Positions 35,501 to 39,663 of a stretch of 39,663 nt of DNA are shown here, piece after piece. Within the stretch, counting starts at the first letter, position 1. Every line of letters starts with the position of its first letter. The notes beneath the pieces are model-generated. The model saw only the letters and a program-made list of their open reading frames with translations. It was not told the origin of the DNA and did not search any database. This DNA comes from an uncultured Streptomycetaceae bacterium (GTDB lineage: Bacteria > Pseudomonadota > Gammaproteobacteria > Burkholderiales > SG8-41), in the NCBI GenBank assembly GCA_964476235.1, contig CAYYZZ010000002.1, positions 1 to 39,663 of the forward strand, in the 5' to 3' direction. Position numbers and translations under genes: made by a program.

Positions 35501-37428
35501 GCGTATACGCCGCGCGCAAAGCCGCGGTGGAAGGCGGTTACGATGAGACTTACCGCATTCTGCGCTCGGATGGCTCCATACGCTGGGTGCACGAGCGCGC
35601 GTTTCCGGTGCGTGATGGCGAAGGCAGAATCTATCGCATTGCCGGCATTGCCGAGGACGTGACTGACCGCAAACATGCCGAGGAGAGGCTGGAACACCTG
35701 GCGCACTACGACGTGCTGACCAATCTGCCGAACCGTGCCCTGTTCTACGACCGGCTGAAGCAGGCGCTCGTCCAGGCCAAGCGCAACCGGTGGACGGCGG
35801 GTGTCATGTTCATCGACGCGGACCGCTTCAAAAACGTGAACGATACGCTGGGACACGCAGTCGGTGACAAGCTGTTGCAGCAGATAGCGGGGCGCCTGAC
35901 GCGGTCGGTACGTTCAGGCGATACCGTGGGGCGCCTCGGTGGCGATGAATTCGCGATCGTCCTGTCGACGCTTGCCAGCGCGCAGGACGCGAATCTGGTC
36001 GCGCAGAAGATCATGACGGCCTTCGACGAACCGTTCAAGCTGGAAGGCACCGAGGTTTACGTGACGGCCAGCATCGGCATCACGTTGTATCCCGACGATA
36101 GCAGCGATCAGGATATTCTGATCAAGAACGCGGATGCCGCGATGTACCGGGCCAAGGAAATCGGCCGCAACGGCTACCAGTTCTATATGCCCGAGATGAA
36201 CGCGCGCGCGGTCGAGTTGCTGGGCATGGAGAGCAGCCTGCGGCGCGCCCTCGAACGCAACGAATTCCTGGTGTACTACCAGCCCAAGGCCAGCGTCGCG
36301 GATGGGGACATCACGGGCCTGGAGGCGTTGCTGCGCTGGAAGCACCCTGAGCGCGGGCTGGTTTTGCCGGTGGAATTCATCCCGCTGCTGGAGGAATCAG
36401 GCTTGATCGTTCAGGTCGGCGAATGGGTGCTCAAGGCGGTCTGCGCCCAGATCAAGGCATGGGAGCGCGCCGGCGACAGGCCCGTGCCGGTGGCGGTCAA
36501 TCTTTCCGCCCGGCAGTTCGCGGCGAAAGACCTGGGCCCGACCATCAAGCGCATCCTCGAGGAGCACCAGATGGATCCCGCGCTGATCGAGCTCGAGATC
36601 ACGGAAAGCGCCCTGATGGCAAATACCGAGGAGGCAGTGCGCACCCTGGAGTACCTGGACCAGCTTGGCGTCGGTCTTTCCATTGACGATTTCGGCACGG
36701 GTTACTCGAGCCTGGGTTATCTCAAGCGCTTCCCGCTCTCCGCGCTCAAGATCGACAGCTCGTTCGTGCGTGATGTCACCTCGGATGGCGACGACGCGAC
36801 TATCACGCGGGCGGTTATCTCGATGGCGCATAGCCTGGGGCTTAAAGTGATTGCGGAAGGGGTGGAAACCCGGGCGCAGCTCGAATTTCTCGCCGAGTAT
36901 GGTTGCAACGAGATCCAGGGCTATTACTTCGCGCACCCGCTGGCGGCCGAGGATTGCAGCACCTGGGTCAGGGAGCAGCGCCGCCTCGAGCGGCCGAGAC
37001 CGGCCTCCGACGTCAGCATGCCGGTCGTGCTGCTCCTGGACGATGACGACGACACGCTTGCGCACGTCAAGCGCATTCTTGCCAGGGACGGTTACCGGAT
37101 CCTCGCGGCGCACAATGCGCGCGAAGGGCTAGCACTGCTACGCGATCAACACGTGGATGTCGTGGTCTCCGATCAGGACATGCCGGGAATGTCGGGCGTG
37201 GATTTCCTGCAATGCGTGCAAACGCTGTCGCCGAAAACGATGCGCATCCTGGCCACCAGCTACGCCGACTTCCAGACCATGGCCGACGCGGTCAATAAGG
37301 GCGGGATTTTCCGCTGCCTGCCCAAGGATATTGACGACGATGCGTTGCGCGCCAGTGTGCGCGAGGCGATGCAGGCCAAGATCCGCGCGCTGGAGAACTC
37401 GATACCGCCGGGCACGTTGGGGAAGTAG
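32581..37428 (+). CDS. Cytoplasmic multi-sensor c-di-GMP protein: PAS-GAF-PAS-PAS-PAS-GAF-PAS-GGDEF-EAL-REC
   Basis: 1615 aa with GTG start and GGAGG 7 nt upstream. Five DIT(E/D/G)RK-terminated PAS units and two GAF-like regions are present. Intact motifs are GGDEF (RLGGDEFAIV), EAL (GLEALLRW, DDFGTGYSS, EGVET, QGYYF) and a C-terminal receiver (LLLDDDDD, VVVSDQDMPGM, CLPKD). No TM helix. Confidence 0.9.
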   Translation: MARPSPRVNEKTVRKVERQKPKRAWTLAQGRDIAERSRIWQALLESEDRYRATFDCAPVGIMHTSVDSDRILHANPKLSEMLGYTENELLGMTTDDILHPDHAGADRPRYREKMLSGELDSFSSQRKYIRKDSSVIWVNRMVYLARDPLGKPLYFIRIVEDITGRKQAEANLKRLARARHVMAECSRVLVHASDETAMLQEMCRVAVGSGGYKMAWVGLATGDPARPVYPAAHAGFEGDAPMTASAAWSADGRYQGFMHEVIATGNPHIARDILRDPALAHRRARAVQHGFQSSIALPLEGRGAILGAIAIYAREADAFDEEEIALLTELASDIAYGIVNLRTRIAREQAEERSRETERRFRETFEQAAVGLTRVDLNGVLVDFNQKFCDMLGYSREELLGKAIKDITHPDDYGQGSQFRAHLVNGVAKSQAGEKRFMRKDGTVLWAQRTMSMACDAAGRPQYVISVVEDITERKEAEAERARLAMIVENAGDAIIGRALDGTITSWNAAAERMFGYSESEMIGQSIAILVPEQHRHLTDNNERLRRGEMIPVSERIRVTKDGRIIHVQSGISPIKNEAGEVIGAAVIVRDITERKRAEESVVRERALLRTIIDTVPDYIYVKDAEGRFSLANKAWLKERNLSDETIAGKTVFDVFPAELAERMADQDVGVMRTGVPILDFEQRVIVKRPEGGRSQPRWFSITKVPMVDASDKIIGTVGTSRDITERKLSAQRREMEHAIASALAEATTVGEALPKVIQTICEGLDWDCGFHWSWNKPSELLRCREHWYRHADAMDDFVQASLGMVNEAPAVVSTTPSGGLVRRVWASATPVWLPDVASMPDFRRAPAAMRADLHGTFAFPIMMEGRPWGVMEFFSHEIREPGEALLQIVRAIGSQIGQFIRRKETEQALRESEEQFRQLAGNIPQVFWITDTAQRQTLYVSSAAEAMLGRPLQDILSDRRALIRAVHKEDRARVYAARKAAVEGGYDETYRILRSDGSIRWVHERAFPVRDGEGRIYRIAGIAEDVTDRKHAEERLEHLAHYDVLTNLPNRALFYDRLKQALVQAKRNRWTAGVMFIDADRFKNVNDTLGHAVGDKLLQQIAGRLTRSVRSGDTVGRLGGDEFAIVLSTLASAQDANLVAQKIMTAFDEPFKLEGTEVYVTASIGITLYPDDSSDQDILIKNADAAMYRAKEIGRNGYQFYMPEMNARAVELLGMESSLRRALERNEFLVYYQPKASVADGDITGLEALLRWKHPERGLVLPVEFIPLLEESGLIVQVGEWVLKAVCAQIKAWERAGDRPVPVAVNLSARQFAAKDLGPTIKRILEEHQMDPALIELEITESALMANTEEAVRTLEYLDQLGVGLSIDDFGTGYSSLGYLKRFPLSALKIDSSFVRDVTSDGDDATITRAVISMAHSLGLKVIAEGVETRAQLEFLAEYGCNEIQGYYFAHPLAAEDCSTWVREQRRLERPRPASDVSMPVVLLLDDDDDTLAHVKRILARDGYRILAAHNAREGLALLRDQHVDVVVSDQDMPGMSGVDFLQCVQTLSPKTMRILATSYADFQTMADAVNKGGIFRCLPKDIDDDALRASVREAMQAKIRALENSIPPGTLGK

Positions 37429-37445
37429 ACGCTTTCAATAACACC

Positions 37446-37486
37446 CCCTCGCCCCGCGGCAGCGGGGAGAGGGTTGGGGTGAGGGG
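37446..37486. repeat. REP-like GC-rich hairpin motif CCCTCGCCCCGCGGCAGCGGGGAGAGGGTTGGGGTGAGGGG
   Basis: Same motif family as 3304-3345 (CCCTCTCCCCTGCGGTGGGGGAGAGGTCAGGGTGAGGGGGG). It lies between two convergent genes. Confidence 0.85.
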
Positions 37487-37522
37487 TAAAAGCCGATTGG
37501 GTGAAGGCTTGCCCGCCGCGAG

Positions 37523-37894
37523 TCACTTCTCGACCAGAATCGCGGCAACGACCTTGCGGCTTTCCGAAGCCAGGATGTTGTAGGTCCGGCAGGCCGCGCG
37601 GCTGTCCATCACCTCCACGCCCACGCCCGCGGCGGCCAGTGCCCGCGCCAGTTCGGGCTGCGGGAAACGTTGCGTGGCCCCCGTCCCGAATATCACGATT
37701 TCGGGCTTCAACTCCGCGATGAACCCGAAATCGGCCCCCGTGAGCTGATCGAAGCCGGCCACCGTCCATTCGGTGACCGCCTGCGGCGTCACCACCACGC
37801 ATTTTTCGTAGCGGATGTTGTTGACCGCGACGTAGCCCGTCCCGTATCCGGAGAACAGCTGCAGCCCTGCGATGGGCGTTAGGTGCAACTTCAT
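37523..37894 (-). CDS. Mth938-like domain (DUF498/NDUFAF3-like) protein
   Basis: 123 aa. The pattern I.GY..G...VN...Y.....V.P........W ... PE....GTG....P. ... G.G.E.M....A.RTYN.L..E.R.V.A is characteristic. Confidence 0.8.
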   Translation of the reverse strand: MKLHLTPIAGLQLFSGYGTGYVAVNNIRYEKCVVVTPQAVTEWTVAGFDQLTGADFGFIAELKPEIVIFGTGATQRFPQPELARALAAAGVGVEVMDSRAACRTYNILASESRKVVAAILVEK

Positions 37895-37915
37895 GTCGTT
37901 CCGATAACCTGCTGA

Positions 37916-37944
37916 TTTGCTTAAGGTTAGTCGCTCCGATAGAA
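37916..37944 (+). promoter_or_regulatory. Sigma-70-type promoter for the aminotransferase-hom operon
   Basis: TTGCTT (37916-37921), 17-nt spacer, TAGAAT (37939-37944). This predicts a ~135-nt leader. Confidence 0.5.
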
Positions 37945-38086
37945 TATCACGCTTTTGCGCATATCAAGCGCCCAGTGGAGCCTTGGCCTCGACACGGATG
38001 AACGGTGTCCAGGTTACCGTCGAAGCTCCGGGGCGCTTGATAAAAGTGACTAACCGATACGACGGGCTTCGATAAGTCCCAAGGCA

Positions 38087-39271
38087 ATGGAAGAGTTTTC
38101 TCGAATCAAGCGTCTGCCGCCGTACATTTTTAACGTCACCGGCGAGTTGAAACTCGCCGCGCGCCGGCGCGGCGAGGACGTCATCGACTTCAGCATGGGC
38201 AATCCCGACCAGCCTACGCCGCGTCACATCGTGGATAAGCTGGTCGAGACCGTTCAACGCCCCGACACCCACGGCTACTCGGTATCGAAGGGCATCATCC
38301 GGCTGCGGCGCGCGATCTGCAACTGGTACAAGGCGCGCTACAACGTCGAGTTCGACCCCGACTCCGAGGCGATCGTGACCATCGGCTCGAAAGAGGGCAT
38401 CGCGCACCTCGCGCTCGCCACGCTCGATACCGGCGACACGGTCCTGGTGCCGAATCCCAGCTACCCGATCCACATCTACGGGCCGGTGATCTCCGGCGCG
38501 GACATCCGGCACGTGCCGATGTCGCCGGACGTGGACTTCTTCGAGGCGGTCGAGCGCGCCTTCAAGGACTCGTATCCCAAGCCGAAGATGCTGATCGTCA
38601 ATTTTCCCAGCAATCCGACCACCCAGTGCGTGGACTTCGCGTTTTTCGAGCGGCTGGTCGCGCTGGCACGGGAGCATCACGTCTATATCGTGCACGACCT
38701 TGCTTACGCGGACATCGTGTTCGACGGCTACAAGGCGCCTTCGATCATGCAGGTCCCTGGCGCGCGCGAGATCGCGGTCGAGTTCTTCACCATGTCGAAG
38801 AGCTACAACATGGCGGGCTGGCGCGTGGGCTACATGGTCGGCAACCGCGAGCTGGTCACGGCGCTCGCCCGCATGAAGAGCTATCACGATTACGGCACGT
38901 TCACGCCGATCCAGGTGGCGTCCATCATCGCGCTGGAGGGTCCGCAGGATTGCGTCGAGACCGTGCGCCGGGTATACCAGGGGCGCCGCGACGTGATGTG
39001 CAGCGGCCTGAAGGCGATGGGCTGGAACGTCGAGGTGCCGAAAGCGACGATGTACGTGTGGGCGCCGATTCCGGAACCCTACCGCACAATGGGATCGCTC
39101 GAGTTTTCCAAGAAACTTCTGGCAGATGCGAAGCTGGCAGTAGCACCCGGAATCGGTTTCGGACATTATGGCGACGGTCACGTGCGCTTTGCGTTGATAG
39201 AGAACGAAGCCCGCACCCGTCAGGCGCTGCGCGGCATCAAAGACATGTTCAAGAAGGACGGCCTTCTTTAA
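38087..39271 (+). CDS. alaC: Class I/II pyridoxal-phosphate aminotransferase (AlaC/AlaT-like alanine transaminase)
   Basis: 394 aa with [33 protein letters not shown] and PLP-lysine context [15 protein letters not shown]. Its position upstream of hom is conserved. Confidence 0.88.
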   Translation: MEEFSRIKRLPPYIFNVTGELKLAARRRGEDVIDFSMGNPDQPTPRHIVDKLVETVQRPDTHGYSVSKGIIRLRRAICNWYKARYNVEFDPDSEAIVTIGSKEGIAHLALATLDTGDTVLVPNPSYPIHIYGPVISGADIRHVPMSPDVDFFEAVERAFKDSYPKPKMLIVNFPSNPTTQCVDFAFFERLVALAREHHVYIVHDLAYADIVFDGYKAPSIMQVPGAREIAVEFFTMSKSYNMAGWRVGYMVGNRELVTALARMKSYHDYGTFTPIQVASIIALEGPQDCVETVRRVYQGRRDVMCSGLKAMGWNVEVPKATMYVWAPIPEPYRTMGSLEFSKKLLADAKLAVAPGIGFGHYGDGHVRFALIENEARTRQALRGIKDMFKKDGLL

Positions 39272-39410
39272 TGATGAACGCGGAACGATGAATGCGGAAT
39301 GGAAGATGCCTGTAAATGGCGGTCAACGTGAATAACAATTTTCAAATCAGAGTGCCGAGACGCGAAGCCAGGGCGTTTCGTTCATCATTCATCATTCATA
39401 GTTCATCGTT
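39271..39410. repeat. Heptad/14-nt-periodic inverted repeat (GATGAAY-GCGGAAY / TTCATCA subfamily) between the aminotransferase and hom
   Basis: Left arm ATGATGAACGCGGAACGATGAATGCGGAATGGAAGATG (39271-39308). Right arm CGTTTCGTTCATCATTCATCATTCATAGTTCATCGTT (39374-39410) abuts the hom ATG. Confidence 0.9.
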
Positions 39411-39663
39411 ATGAAAACGATCAATGTCGGGCTGCTCGGCATCGGCACCGTGGGCGGTGGCACGTTCGCGGTGCTCGCGCGCAACCAGGAAGAGATCGCG
39501 CGCCGCGCCGGCTGCGCCATCACCATAAAGATGGTCGCGGACAAGGAGGTCGACAAGGCGCGGCGCCTCGTCGGCAAGAAGGCCGCCGTTACCGCGGATG
39601 CGAACGACGTCGTGAGCAACCCCGATATCGACATCGTGGTCGAGCTGATCGGCGGCACCGGCG
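39411..39663 (+). CDS. hom: Homoserine dehydrogenase, 5' partial (runs off the window)
   Basis: MKTINVGLLGIGTVGGGTFAVLARNQEEI... carries the NAD-binding GxGxxG N-terminus typical of Hom. It is open to the window end, so it is absent from the ORF track. Confidence 0.88.
   Translation, partial: MKTINVGLLGIGTVGGGTFAVLARNQEEIARRAGCAITIKMVADKEVDKARRLVGKKAAVTADANDVVSNPDIDIVVELIGGTG

Overview
This is a high-GC (roughly mid-60s % by eye) proteobacterial chromosomal segment with Betaproteobacteria-like synteny. There are no transposase, integrase, phage, CRISPR-Cas or recognisable defence genes.

The backbone is housekeeping:
- lolC/E-lolD, an AlkA-like glycosylase and comEC
- tRNA-Val, then the thrS-infC-rpmI-rplT-pheS-pheT-ihfA-MerR-like block, then tRNA-Pro
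- surE-pcm-nlpD
- an AlaC-like aminotransferase and the 5' end of hom

Accessory content sits between these blocks:
- an FGE-like lipoprotein translationally coupled to a DUF1330 gene
- a seven-gene metabolic cluster after tRNA-Pro: GlcG-like, NMT1/SsuA-like, Bug/TctC, GST, Nit-family hydrolase, a signal-less RbsB-like binding protein and a CDO-like cupin
- a MoxR / DUF58 / transglutaminase (TgpA-like) operon
- a divergent GNAT acetyltransferase / HDAC-family deacetylase pair
- a 1615-aa cytoplasmic PAS/GAF-GGDEF-EAL-REC protein

The gene list does not explain the intergenic DNA. Most spacers carry a heptad-periodic inverted repeat: 3-9 tandem 7-nt (sometimes 14-nt) units, a spacer, then the reverse-complement units.
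- Unit sequences differ between loci, but the two arms at one locus co-vary.
- Arm lengths differ by whole units.
- Most arms put TGA in all three frames.
- Several arms supply the stop or start codons of neighbouring genes.

Several other short dispersed repeat families and a 115-bp element with perfect 20-bp terminal inverted repeats are also present. Long antisense ORFs in the ORF track are high-GC artefacts.
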